Shown: piece after piece, positions 8,547-18,795 of the stretch | How the letters are laid out: the number at the start of each line of letters is the position of its first letter | Numbering within the stretch: position 1 is the stretch's first letter | Origin: Vicinamibacterales bacterium | GTDB taxonomy: Bacteria; Acidobacteriota; Vicinamibacteria; Vicinamibacterales; UBA8438 | Length of the DNA stretch: 64,000 nucleotides | NCBI GenBank assembly: GCA_965247955.1 | Contig: OZ252042.1 | Coordinates: forward strand, 2,032,323 to 2,096,322 | Reading direction: 5' to 3' | Position numbers and translations under genes: made by a program | Notes under the pieces: generated by a model | Seen by the model: the letters and a program-made list of their open reading frames with translations, nothing else | What the model was told of the DNA's origin: nothing | The model's database searches: none

Positions 8547-8828
8547 ATGAGACAGACGACGCGCTCGCACCGCCGCTATCGTCAGCTGCGCGCGCGCGTC
8601 CGGCGCGACCACCCGCTCTGTGCCCACTGCGCCGCCCACGGGCTGACCGTCGCGGGCACCGACGTCGACCACATCATCCCGCTCTCCCAGGGCGGATCGC
8701 TCATGGACCGCGCCAACGTGCAGCACCTGTGCGCCGCCTGTCACGACGCGAAGACGCGACAGCAGCGTTCCCGCCGCCGAGCCGGCGCGACCATCCACGG
8801 CGACCTCGTGAGGCCAGGGGGGGGGTGA
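8547..8828 (+). CDS. HNH endonuclease (packaging-associated)
   Basis: CAHC...DVDHIIPLSQGG...NVQHLCAACHDAKT. Located immediately upstream of terS, as in cos-type HK97-like phages. Confidence 0.8.
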   Translation: MRQTTRSHRRYRQLRARVRRDHPLCAHCAAHGLTVAGTDVDHIIPLSQGGSLMDRANVQHLCAACHDAKTRQQRSRRRAGATIHGDLVRPGGG

Positions 8829-8896
8829 AAGTACTGAAGCGGGCGTGGGCGGAAACCGCGCCCTGGCAGAAATATTTAGTGTCGCGAAATTGAGCG

Positions 8897-9334
8897 ATGC
8901 GAGGACGAAAGCCTAAACTGCGTGTCGTGAGGGAGTTAGAGTGAAATCACGGGAAGCGGCCCCTGCCGCCACCGGACCCGAGCGACCGGCTGCTGGGCCG
9001 GGCACCGCAGGGGTTGATGGAGCAGGAGCGGGCGACGTGGCGGCGGGTGGCGCGGGAGTGTCCGTGGCTGCGGCGGGCGGATCGGGCGCTGGTCGAGTTG
9101 TTCTGCCGGTCGTGGCTGCAGCTGACCGTGGCGGACCACCGCCTGGTCACGCGCGTCGTGGAGGGCGGCGATCTCCAGACGATGGCGGGGCTGCAGAAGA
9201 TGGTCGATCACGCCCGCGCGTCGTGCCTGCGGATGCTGGCGGAGATGGGGGCGACGGCGGCGAGCCGGGCGCGGGTGCTGGGTGAAACAGGGGCCAGTCA
9301 GGGTGACGATCTGGCCCGGAAGTACTTCGCATGA
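8897..9334 (+). pseudogene. terS: Terminase small subunit (P27-like) with in-frame TGA at codon 16
   Basis: MRGRKPKLRVVRELE*NHGKRPLPPPDP... TGA 8942-8944 sits where family members have Gly (..LEGNPGKRP..). The uninterrupted ORF starts only at TTG 9014/ATG 9017. Confidence 0.7.
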
Positions 9335-9441
9335 GAATTGAGCACCTCGCCTGCTACGCGCTGGAAATTGAACCGCACGACGTGGACATAGCCGTGGCCC
9401 GCTGGGAGGCGTACACGGGCCAGAAAGCGGTGCGGTCGTGA
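9331..9441 (+). CDS. Very small hypothetical ORF (36 aa)
   Basis: ATGA overlap with the terS stop. No recognisable motif. Confidence 0.25.
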   Translation: MRIEHLACYALEIEPHDVDIAVARWEAYTGQKAVRS

Positions 9442-9449
9442 TGGGCAGC

Positions 9450-9734
9450 TTATGCCGCGAACTGCAGTCGCACGCCACAGGCTGCGACGATTTTGAGGAG
9501 CGTGTCGATCTTCGGCGTGTTCTTGGCCGAGAGCGCCCGCGACAAGCCGGCCCGGTTCAAACCGGTTCGGCGCGCCAATTCCGAGACGCCGCCGATGGCG
9601 TCCGCGACATTCCGGAGTGCCATCAGGAGATCCTCATGGTCGCTCTCCGGATCGTCGAACACGGCGTTCAGGTAGGTGGCGATGGCCTCGGGGGTCGAGA
9701 GGTAATCACTCGTGGCGTACGGCACGGTTGGCAT
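9450..9734 (-). CDS. higA: Addiction-module antidote protein (HigA/XRE-HTH type)
   Basis: ...DYLSTPEAIATYLNAVFDD...LLMALRNVADAIGGVSELARRTGLNRAGLSRALSAKNTPKIDTLLKIVAACGVRL matches the antidote family partnered with RelE/HigB-like killers. Confidence 0.8.
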   Translation of the reverse strand: MPTVPYATSDYLSTPEAIATYLNAVFDDPESDHEDLLMALRNVADAIGGVSELARRTGLNRAGLSRALSAKNTPKIDTLLKIVAACGVRLQFAA

Positions 9735-10053
9735 AGCGTTTCTCCCGTTTGTAGTGGTTCCAGTATGTCTGCGCCTGTTGAATATCAGCGGACTGACGCT
9801 TCTTCGTCCCGCCGCCGAGCAGGATCACGAGGTGCTGTCCGTCCTGGCCGTAATACACGCGGTATCCAGGGCCGTAGTCGATCCGGAGTTCCGAGACGCC
9901 GTGACTGAGACGCTTGTGGTCGCCGAAGTTCCCCCGCGTGACACGGTCCAAACGCCGTGCGATCCGAATCCGCGCGTGGAGGTCGATACGCGCCATCCAG
10001 GCATCGAACGGGATGTCTCCCGGCTCGGTCTGGAACTTCCTGAGTTAGACCAT
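9706..10053 (-). pseudogene. higB: Addiction-module killer protein (RelE/HigB-like) with TAA at codon 3
   Basis: MV*LRKFQTEPGDIPFDAWMARIDLHARIRIARRLDRVTRGNFGDHKRLSHGVSELRIDYGPGYRVYY...LLGGGTKKRQSADIQQA. TAA at 10045-10047. The open ORF restarts at ATG 9996. Confidence 0.75.
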
Positions 10054-10106
10054 GCTGTAATTGTATACTGCGATATACGAACTGTCGAGCGGTGGAGCCA
10101 GGCGCC

Positions 10107-11870
10107 ATGACCGATCCGGTGACGGCCTACGCCGCCTCGGTCGTCTCGGGCGAGACGCTGGCCGGTCCACCGGTCCGCGCGGCGTGCCAGCGCCACCTGC
10201 GAGACCTGAAGCGCTCGGATCTCCGATTCGACGCAGTGGCCGCCCAGCGCGTGCTGGACTTTTTCCCCGAGGTGCTCCGGCTCCCGAAGGGCGACCATGC
10301 GGGGGCGCCGTTCCACCTACTCCCCTGGCAGCAATTCCTCGTTGGCTCGCTCTATGGCTGGCTCTGGCCCGACGGTCGCCGGCGGTTCCGTCGGGCCTAC
10401 GTCGAGACGGGGCGCGGGACTGGCAAATCCCCGCTCGCGGCGGGCCTCCTGCTCTACGCGATCACGGCGGACGGCGAGCATGCCGCTGAAGCCTACTGTG
10501 TGGCGCGGAACGCGGACCAAGCGCTGATCACCTTTCGCCTCGCGGCGCAGATTCGGGACCTCGCCCCGGCCTTGGCCGACCGCGTGCAGAAGTACGGCGG
10601 CGAACGACCGACGCGGCTGGTCCATCACGATAGCTGGTCCTTCGCCGAACGCACCACGACGTCTGACACGGGCGCGGGCAAGAGCGGGCTGAATCCGCAT
10701 CTGGTCATCGTGGACGAGTACCACGAGCACAAGACCTCGACGATGATGGAGCGCTACGACGCCGGGATGAAGGACCGGCCGCAGCCGCTCCGCCTCTGCA
10801 TCACGAACGCCGGGTCCGGCCAGAATATCCCCTGCTGGGACGAGCACCAGTATGCCGTGCGCGTCGCGGAGGGGTCGGTCAACGACGACCGCTATTTCGC
10901 GTACGTGTGTGCGCTCGATGTGGACGACGACCCCTGGGCGGACGAGGCGTGCTGGGTGAAGGTCAGTCCGTCGCTGCCCGTGATCCCTGGCCTCGCGTAT
11001 ATCCGGGACCAGGCCGCTAAGGCCCGCGGCATGCCGAGCAAACGCGCGGAGGTCAAGCGGTTCCAATTCTGCCGGTGGACCGATGCCGTGTCGCCGTGGA
11101 TCGATCCGGCCATGTGGGACCCCATTGTGGTCGAGGCCCTGGACGAGGCGTCGGTGGCGGAGGCCCCCTGCGTGGTCGGGCTCGACCTGAGCCGGACGCG
11201 GGACTTAACGGCCGCCGTCGCGGTTTAGTCGCTGCCCGAGGGCCGGTTCGCGGCGCGGGCGCATGCCTGGACGCCCAAGGACACCATCGAACAGCGGTCG
11301 GAGATCGAGTCTGTCCCATACAGCACGTGGGCGGCCGAGGGGTATCTGACCGCCACGCCTGGGGCCATCGTGGACTATGGATTCGTCGCCGCGTGGATTC
11401 AGGATCTCGTGGCGCGGTACGACGTGCGCGCGCTGGTCTATGACGCCTGGGGGCTCGCGCACTTTCGGGAGCGCATGGCGCAAGCGGGACTCGTCTTGTC
11501 GGAGACGCCGGACGGGGGTGGGCTCTATGCGGTGCCGCACAAGCAGGGCTTTCTGCCAGGGAAGGCGGAGCCGGGTCAGCCCGCGCTCTGGATGCACAGT
11601 TCCCTGGAGGCCTTGGAGCGGGCGGTTCTCGAGCGGACGATTGCGGTGGAGCGCAACGCGATGCTGCGGTGGGGGGTGCTCGGCGCGGCCGTGATCGAGG
11701 ACGGTGCGGGAAACCGGAAGCTGTCGAAAATCAAGGAGGAGTCGCGAACGGATGCGATGGTCGCCTTGACGATGGCCATGGGCTACGCGGCAGCGCAGCC
11801 GCCCGCGCCGGTGACGCGCACGGCCAGCGACTACATCTTGCACGAGCTGTATGAGTCCCCCGCGCCCTGA
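10107..11870 (+). pseudogene. terL: Terminase large subunit with in-frame TAG
   Basis: Walker A GRGTGKS, Walker B LVIVDEYHE, C-terminal nuclease region ...SKIKEESRTDAMVALTMAMGYA. 10092-11228 and 11370-11870 are the same frame, separated by TAG 11226-11228. Confidence 0.85.
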
Positions 11871-11886
11871 GAGGAGAACACCCCCG

Positions 11887-12168
11887 ATGACGAAAGAGCA
11901 CCGCGTCGTGTTTGCGCTGAGCGATCTGACGGCCATTCATCTGCGATGCGCGACGTGCGCCGCGCGGGTGGTCCTCAGCCTGGCACACCGTATCAGCACG
12001 CCGGAGCACTGCCCGGTGTGTGACGTCCGCTGGGTGCAGCCGGCCGGCGACCGGACTGCGGCGTGCCTGGAGGCCATCCGCACTTATCTGCAGAACGCGT
12101 CGCGTGACGCCATGCCCGTGGACCTTCTCTTCGAGCTGGACGAGAACGGAGTTGACAGTGGCGGATGA
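11887..12168 (+). CDS. Hypothetical small protein with Cys pairs
   Basis: RBS gagaggag upstream of ATG 11887. RCATCAARV...HCPVCDVRW. Confidence 0.45.
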   Translation: MTKEHRVVFALSDLTAIHLRCATCAARVVLSLAHRISTPEHCPVCDVRWVQPAGDRTAACLEAIRTYLQNASRDAMPVDLLFELDENGVDSGG

Positions 12169-13712
12169 TCGGCCGGGTCTTGTGCGGCGCACCCTGGAGT
12201 CCGTGGGCCTCGCCCGGTCGGAGATGACCTCGCTGGGGCGGCTCACCGCCTCGGCCGACGGAGCGAGCTCGGGCGGCCGCTACGTGCCGGCGGATACCAC
12301 CTGGTCGCAGATTCTTGACTACGCGAGCGAGGCGGGGGACGCCTGGCCGCTGGACTTCTACCGCGCCGGGTTGCCGATCGGCCGCGACGTCGCGGTCAGC
12401 TACGCGACACTGAATCGCTGTGTCACGCTGATTGCGGGCACCGTGGCGCAGCTGGTCACTGGAGGGAATCTCCGCGTGGTCGACCAAGACGGCCGTCGGC
12501 GCACGGGTCTCCAGGCGGACCGTGTGACCGAGGTGCTCGCGTACTCGCCGGACGGCGGGACCACACCGGCGCATCAGTTCATTGGCGATCTGGTCGCCGA
12601 CTACTGCCTCGACGGGAATGCGCTCATTGTGCCGACGGTGAGCGGAGACGGGACTCTCCAGCGACTCCGCCGCATGTCGCCCTGGGACAACGCCGTGACG
12701 TACGCGCGGACGGGTGAGGCGGTGTATCGGTTGACGCCGGTCGATGGGCCGCTGGCGACGGAGTATCACGCCGCGCGGGATGTGATTCATGCGCGCTGGG
12801 AACGACTGTTGCGGTCCGGCCGCACTCGGTCGACGCGGGACGGGTTCGCGCTGGCGCCGGTGATTGCCCTGCGACCGGCGCTCGATATTGGGCTCCAGGG
12901 AGACACGTACATCCGAAGAGTGGTTCCGGCGCGGCGCGCAGTCGAAGCTGTACATCAACTTCGACACGCCGCAGGGTGAGAAACCGCTCGTACTTGACGA
13001 GCGGAAGAAGCTTGTCGACTGGGTCCAGACGTACTCGCGCACGCGCGCACCGCTCGTGACCTTCGACGGGAAGAGCGGGTACTTGCAGGATACCCCGCAG
13101 GACCGCGAGGCGAAGGAGCTGCGGAAGTTTCAAGTGCAGGAAGTCGCGCGGGCGTTCGGTGTCCCCGCGCCGCTCTTGAACGTCGACATCACGAACTGGG
13201 GCAGCGGCATCGAGCAGTTGGCGAAGCTCTTCTTTCGCTTCGGGCTCCGCCAGCATCTCGACCGCATCCTGACGCCGTTCCAGGTGCGCCTGCTCCAGCC
13301 GGGCGATCGCTTCTGGGTGGACACGGCCGACCTGCTGCGCGGGGATGCCGACGCGATTCACCAGATGGTCATGGCGTTGCGCGGGGACGCGCAGCGGCCG
13401 GCGCTCGCGTCGCGCGAGGAGCTGCGCCATCTCGCGGGGTTGCCACGTGACGTCGACGGCGACCTGCCGGTGTGGCCACCTGCCGTGACGAACGCGTCCA
13501 CCGATCCACGGCCAGCGCCGGTTAACGACGGGGGGGCGGCCATGACGGCGACCGAATTTCAGGCCGCGCGGGGCGAGCTGGGGTTGACGATCGAGGCCCT
13601 GGCGGAGCGGCTGGGCGTGGACCCGCGCACGGTGCGGCGGTGGCAGGGTGGGGAGCGGACGGTATCCAGCCAGGCGGCGGCGGCGCTGCGAGGGCTCCTC
13701 CAGGCTGGATAG
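12158..13712 (+). pseudogene. Portal protein (HK97-type) with a frameshift near 12914 and an in-frame C-terminal XRE-like HTH
   Basis: The two ORFs 12020-12979 and 12864-13712 join as ...LQGDTYI/EEWFRRGAQSKLYINFD... Portal-like ...FGVPAPLLNVDITNWGSGIEQL... The last ~56 aa (MTATEFQAARGELGLTIEALAERLGVDPRTVRRWQGGER) are an HTH. Confidence 0.75.
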
Positions 13713-13740
13713 AGGGCCCCACCCGGAGTTTCGTCTGATA

Positions 13741-13852
13741 TTCGCCCGGACCAGTGGTCCGGACCGCCTGGTCCGGACTGGTCCGCCAGGGCGAAAAACC
13801 CCCTGAGTTTATTGAGGTGGTGGGCGGACCAGCGGTGGTCCGCGGCTGGTCC
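13741..13852. repeat. Array of palindromes built on the half-site CGGACC/GGTCCG
   Basis: ccggaccAGTggtccgg, ccggaccGCCTggtccgg, cggacTGgtccg, gcggaccAGCGGTggtccgc. The outer arms ttcgccc...gggcgaa enclose the first three. Confidence 0.7.
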
Positions 13853-13887
13853 TTGTCAGGGCGCACGCCTTTCTTCACCCTCGATAC

Positions 13888-14622
13888 ATGGATTCCAAGC
13901 AGGCGGCGCGGCTGCGCGCCCTCACGTTGGTCGACATCCTCCCGTCGGTCGCCGCGCGGTGGACCGACGCCCAGGCGCTGACGGCGCAGGCCGGCGAGGT
14001 AGAGATTCTTGTTTACGGGCCCATCGTCAGCGAGCGGGAAGCGGCCTTCGCGCGTGAGTTCCTCGGCATCGAATCGGCCACGGGCGAAGCGTTCCGGTCG
14101 GCGCTTGCCGCGATCCGCGGCGACGTGACGGTCCGGATCAACTCCCCGGGCGGCAACGTCCACGAGGCGTCGACGATGCTGACCGCGCTGCAGGAGCGCC
14201 GGTCGAGCGGCGCGGCGGTCAACGTGGTGGTCGACGGGCTGGCGGCGAGCGCGGCGAGCGTGCTGCTCACGGCCGCAAGCACGGTCCGGATCGCCGCGTT
14301 GGGCATCGTGGTGATTCACGAGATGCGCATGACGCCCGTTGCGGTGACCGGGACAGAGATGCGGCGGCTGGCGGATTTTCTCGATGAAATGAACGAGCGG
14401 TTCACGGCGTTGTACGCCGCACGGATGAAGCGGAACGACGCCGACGTGCGGGCGCTGCTGGCTAACGAGACGTCTTTCTCGGCGACGCAAGCGGTCGAGG
14501 TCGGCCTGGCGGACGAGGTGATCGCCGTCACGCAACCGGCGGCGACGAACACGACGGACACGGCGGTGACGGCACTCTTCCGGTGCCGCAACCTGCGCCT
14601 GGCGGCGCTGACGGAGATCTAG
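13888..14622 (+). CDS. ClpP-like head maturation protease (S14 family)
   Basis: VRINSPGGNVHEAS...GLAASAASVLL...VVIHE motifs. Position between portal and capsid. Confidence 0.85.
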   Translation: MDSKQAARLRALTLVDILPSVAARWTDAQALTAQAGEVEILVYGPIVSEREAAFAREFLGIESATGEAFRSALAAIRGDVTVRINSPGGNVHEASTMLTALQERRSSGAAVNVVVDGLAASAASVLLTAASTVRIAALGIVVIHEMRMTPVAVTGTEMRRLADFLDEMNERFTALYAARMKRNDADVRALLANETSFSATQAVEVGLADEVIAVTQPAATNTTDTAVTALFRCRNLRLAALTEI

Positions 14623-14632
14623 GGGGAAGCAG

Positions 14633-15657
14633 ATGAGATTCGATCCGAAAAAGCTGGCGGACCTCGTGGACGAGGAATCGCGGCTGAAACATGCACTGAC
14701 CGAGGTGAGCACGAAGCTCACCGGCCTCAAGGCCACCGACAAGACGTGGGACGAGGCGCGTCAGTCGGCCTACCTCATGGACCAGCAGGAGCATCAACAG
14801 CTGACGCGGGAGCTCCAGACGGTGCGCGCCGAACGGCAGCGCTGCGAGCTGCAGGAACCCGCGGCGGCCAAGCGGGCGTCAGTGACCGCGTTCGCGCGGT
14901 GGCTGCGCGGCGGGGAGACGGCGCTGGAAGCCCACGAGCGCGAGACCTACCTCGGCGAGATCACCGACGGCACGATCCCCGGTGGTGGCGGCCAGACGTT
15001 CCGCCTGCAAGCCGCGTCGGCCTCCGATGCCACCAGCGGCCAGGAGGCCGTACAGGAAGAGATCCCGCCGCGCATCATCGACCGGCTCGCCTTCTACGGC
15101 GGCGTCTCCCGCATGGCGCAACAGTTCCTGCCCGGCACCGGCGGCGAGTATCGAATCATGCAGATGGATGCGGCCAGCCAGGAGGGCGAGATCCTGGCCG
15201 CGCAGGATACCGCGGTGACCGAGCAGGCGCTCCCAAATATCGGCGTGCAAACGTTCGGCGCCAAGACGGCCAGCTCGAAGCCGATCCTGCTCACCCGGGA
15301 ACTCCAACAGGATGTCGTGTTCGACATTCAGACCTATGTCGAGCGGCAGGCGGTCCGACGGATGGGCCGGATCTGGAACAAGGCGTTCACGACGACGCAG
15401 GCGGGGACCGGGATGCCGGTCGGCGTGGTGTCGTCGGCGACGCCGGGGATCACCGCGGCGTCCCAGACGGCGATCACCTGGACCGAGCCGACAAACCTCA
15501 TCTACGCCGTCAACCGCGCCTATCGCGAGGCGGGCGAGCTGGGTGAGGGTGGGTTCGGCGGTGAGGGCGGCGGGATGCTGGGCTACATGCTCTCCGACGA
15601 TGCCGAGAAGGCGATGCGCGTGTTGGTCGATGCGGACGGCCGGCCGCTGTGGGTGCC
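14633..15657 (+). pseudogene. Major capsid protein (HK97 family), 5' portion, interrupted by an inserted island
   Basis: N-terminal coiled-coil delta-like region, then capsid core. Phage-like sequence stops after ...DADGRPLWVPS and continues as low-GC unrelated codons (FEFCKSLITKMLF...). Confidence 0.8.
15644..15657. repeat. Left copy of the 14-bp direct repeat ccgctgtgggtgcc (att core)
   Basis: Identical 14-mer at 25114-25127. A further 10-mer tccactcacg follows at 15715-15724 versus 25129-25138. Confidence 0.75.
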
Positions 15658-15826
15658 GTCGTTTGAGTTCTGTAAGTCATTGATTACAAAAATGTTATTC
15701 GCATGTTGGCCGCGTCCACTCACGTTTTCACATGCAATTGCTTGATGGGAACTACGCGGACCTCTGGGGACCCCTGAGCGGTATGGGCGTTGAGGCCCTG
15801 AAACCGCAGCCAAGGTTGCGAACGTC

Positions 15827-17330
15827 ATGAAGACGCCGCTGCTCGACTTCGTGCATGGGTTGGAGATCACGCAAGGTCGGTTGGCCGGCCAGCGGTTCGC
15901 GGTGTTGCCGTGGCAGCGTCGCTTTCTGCGGGGCGCGTTCCGGGCGGGTGTGTCGAGCGCCGGGCTGTCGGTGGCGCGGGGCAACGGGAAGACGACGCTG
16001 GTGGCGGCGATTGCGGTGGCCGCGCTCGTCGGCCCGCTGGTCCAGGTGCGCGGCAAGGTCGTGATCGTGGCGTCGAGCTTCCAGCAAGCGCGGATCGCGT
16101 TCGAACACATTCTGGCGTTCGTGCGGCCGTGGATCGCCCACGAGCCGAAGCGGTTTCGGATCTGGGACACGGCGCAGCAAGCCAGCCTTGCGGATCGGGA
16201 GCTGGGCGCGCGGGTGCGCTGTCTGGGCAGCGATCCGCGTCGAGCGCATGGCCTGGCCCCGGCGCTGGTGTTGGCCGACGAGCCGTCGCAGTGGCCGCCG
16301 AGCACGAGCGCGCGGATGCACGCGGCGCTGCTGACGGCGCTCGGGAAGATTCCGCACAGTCGGCTGATCGCGTTGGGGACGCGGCCGGCGGATACGGGCC
16401 ACTGGTTCTCGACGCTGCTCGGCGGCGGGCCCGGCATCTACGCGCAGTGTCACGCAGCCGCGCGTGACGATCCCCCATTTCAGACACGGACGTGGCGGAA
16501 GGCCAACCCGTCGCTCCGCTCGATGCCCGATCTCGAAGCGGCGATTCGGACAGAAGCGGATCGCGCGACGACGGACGCCTCGCTGCTCCCGGCGTTTCAG
16601 GCGCTGCGGTTGAACTTGGGTACCTCGAACACCGAACGGGCGGCGCTCTTGGCGGCCGCCACGTGGGAAGGCCTTGAGGCCGACGACGCGCCCCGCGCTG
16701 GCCCGTGCCTCTGGGGGATCGACGCGGGGACCACGGCGGCCATGACGGCGGCCTGTGCGTTCTGGCCCGAGAGCGGCCGCCTCGAAACCGTGGCAGCCTT
16801 TCCGAGTGCGCCGACACTGGCCGCACGCGGGCTGCAGGACGGCGTGGCCGATCTGTATCAACAGGATGGCCCGGCGGGGCGAACTCGTGACGCTGGGCGG
16901 CCGTGTCGTGCCACTAGGTGACTTCGTGCGCGTCGTCCGGGATCGCTTCGGGGTACCGGCGGCGATTGTCGCCGATCGGTGGCGCGAGGGTGAGCTGCGC
17001 GACGCGCTCGACGCGGCGGGGTTGCCCCGCTGCGCGTTCCTGCTGCGTGGCCAAGGCTACAAGGATGGGGCGGAAGATGTGCGGGCGTTTCGGACGGCGT
17101 GTCTGACGGGCCAGGTGAAACCGGCCGGGTCATTGCTGCTCAGGGCCGCCATGCGCGAAGCGACGGTGATTGCCGATCCGGCCGGCAACGAAAAACTCAG
17201 TAAGGCGAGTGAGGGCGGGCGACGGTTCCGGGCGAAGGACGACGCGGTGGCGGCGGCGATTCTGGCCGTCAGTGCCGGCGTGCGGCATGAGCGGCCCCGG
17301 CCGTCGCGCGTCTATCTCGGGGTGGCGTAA
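15827..17330 (+). pseudogene. Second-type terminase-large-subunit-like gene (copy B1), frameshift near 16860
   Basis: LPWQRRFLRGAF...ARGNGKTTLVAAIA (Walker A)...LVLADEP (Walker B). ORFs 15827-16921 and 16755-17330 join as ...DLYQQ/MARRGELVTLGG..., matching the intact paralogue at 25400-26908. Confidence 0.75.
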
Positions 17331-17611
17331 TGGCGGGCACCCGTGGCCGAACGGTGTATCGAGATCGGCGCTGGGCGCACGTCCGACGTGCCGTGCTCAA
17401 CCGGGCCGCGTGGCGCTGCGGGGTGTGCGGCGGTGTGGGGCGGCTTGAAGTCCACCATCGGCAGCCACTGGCTGTGGGCGGGCCCGCCTTTGCGATCGAC
17501 AACCTGGAGGTGCGCTGTCGGCGGTGTCACCTCACGGCGCATCATCCGCCCCGACACACCCCGTGGGATCAATTGGTGAACGAACTCTTGAACGAAGGGA
17601 TGCAGACATGA
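17330..17611 (+). CDS. HNH endonuclease (copy B1)
   Basis: WRCGVCG...LEVHHRQPL...NLEVRCRRCH. TAATG overlap with the upstream gene. Confidence 0.8.
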   Translation: MAGTRGRTVYRDRRWAHVRRAVLNRAAWRCGVCGGVGRLEVHHRQPLAVGGPAFAIDNLEVRCRRCHLTAHHPPRHTPWDQLVNELLNEGMQT

Positions 17612-18640
17612 CGAACGGACAGAAGCTCCAACTACGACTGAGTGAGATCAGGCAGTCGCTCAGCGAACTCTCGGGGCTTGACAGCCCGACGGACGCACAG
17701 CGGGCAGAGATGGCCACGCTGTCGACGGAATACCCCACGATCGAGACGCGCTGGCGGGCGGCCACCATTGCCGAGGCCGACGAACCAGAGACGCGCGCCG
17801 ACGACGGCGAAGACACCGAGCGGCGGGCGCTCGTCGAGCGGGCCGAACTGCGGAGCTACCTGCACGAGGCGGCCACCGGCCGCGCCGTCACCGGGGCCGA
17901 GTCGGAACTGCGCGCGGCCGTCTTTGGCGAACACGCCCGCGAGGGACTCGTGCCGTGGGAGGCCTTGCTGCCCCACGAGGCACGGGCGGATACGGCGACA
18001 ACGGCCCCCACGGACGTAGGGGCCTCGCAAGCCAGCATTCTCGGCCGGGTTGTTCGTCGGCACGGCCGCCAGCTATCTCGGTGTCAGCATGCCGCAGGTG
18101 AGCGTCGGCGAAGTCAATTACCCGGTGCTCTCGGCCGGCGTGTCGCCGGAGATGAAAAGCAAGGCCGCCGTGAAGGATGCCGAGGCCGCGACGATCAGCA
18201 CGACAGTCTTGGAACCACGTCGGCTCACCGCCCGATATTTGTTCAGCGTCGAAGACACGGCGCGGCTGCGCGGCATGGAAGAGGCGTTACGTCGGGATTT
18301 GAGTGGGGCGCTCGGGGAAAAGATCGACGATCAGATTTTGAATGGGAACGGCACGGCCCCGAACGTCAACGGGTTCGTGCACGCGCTCACCGCCCCGACG
18401 GCCCCGACGGCGATCGCCACCTTCGCGGACTTCGTCGGGGCGGCGAGTCAGGCGGTGGATGGCCGCTACGCGCGCAACCTCACGGGCGTGAAGACGCTCG
18501 TCGGGGCTGCGACGTACGCCTTGGCCGGCACACTCATGAACACGAGTGGTGACGTGGCCTTGAGCGACTACCTGATCGCGCGCAGCGGCGGGTTCCTCAC
18601 CTCGGCGCTGATTCCGGCTCCGCCGGCGAGCGCGTTTACG
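17608..18640 (+). pseudogene. Second-type major-capsid-like gene (copy B1): frameshift near 18047, 3' end truncated
   Basis: Coiled-coil N-terminus. ...ILGRV/FVGTAASYLGVSMPQVSVGEVNYPVL...RRLTARYLFSVEDTARL...DDQILNGNG is capsid-like. Similarity and GC drop at ~18640. Confidence 0.6.
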
Positions 18641-18795
18641 ATGAATTGTGGAGCGGAGACGCTACCACGTTACGAGGAGAGGTCAGCCGCTTCATCCTAT
18701 CTGCCCGAGGCATTCGCATCAGATCCTGAGCGACTCGCCAGTCCCGCCGTGTTTTCCGTCGCTCCAGACGGCACATGCTATTGTGAAGGCACGCG

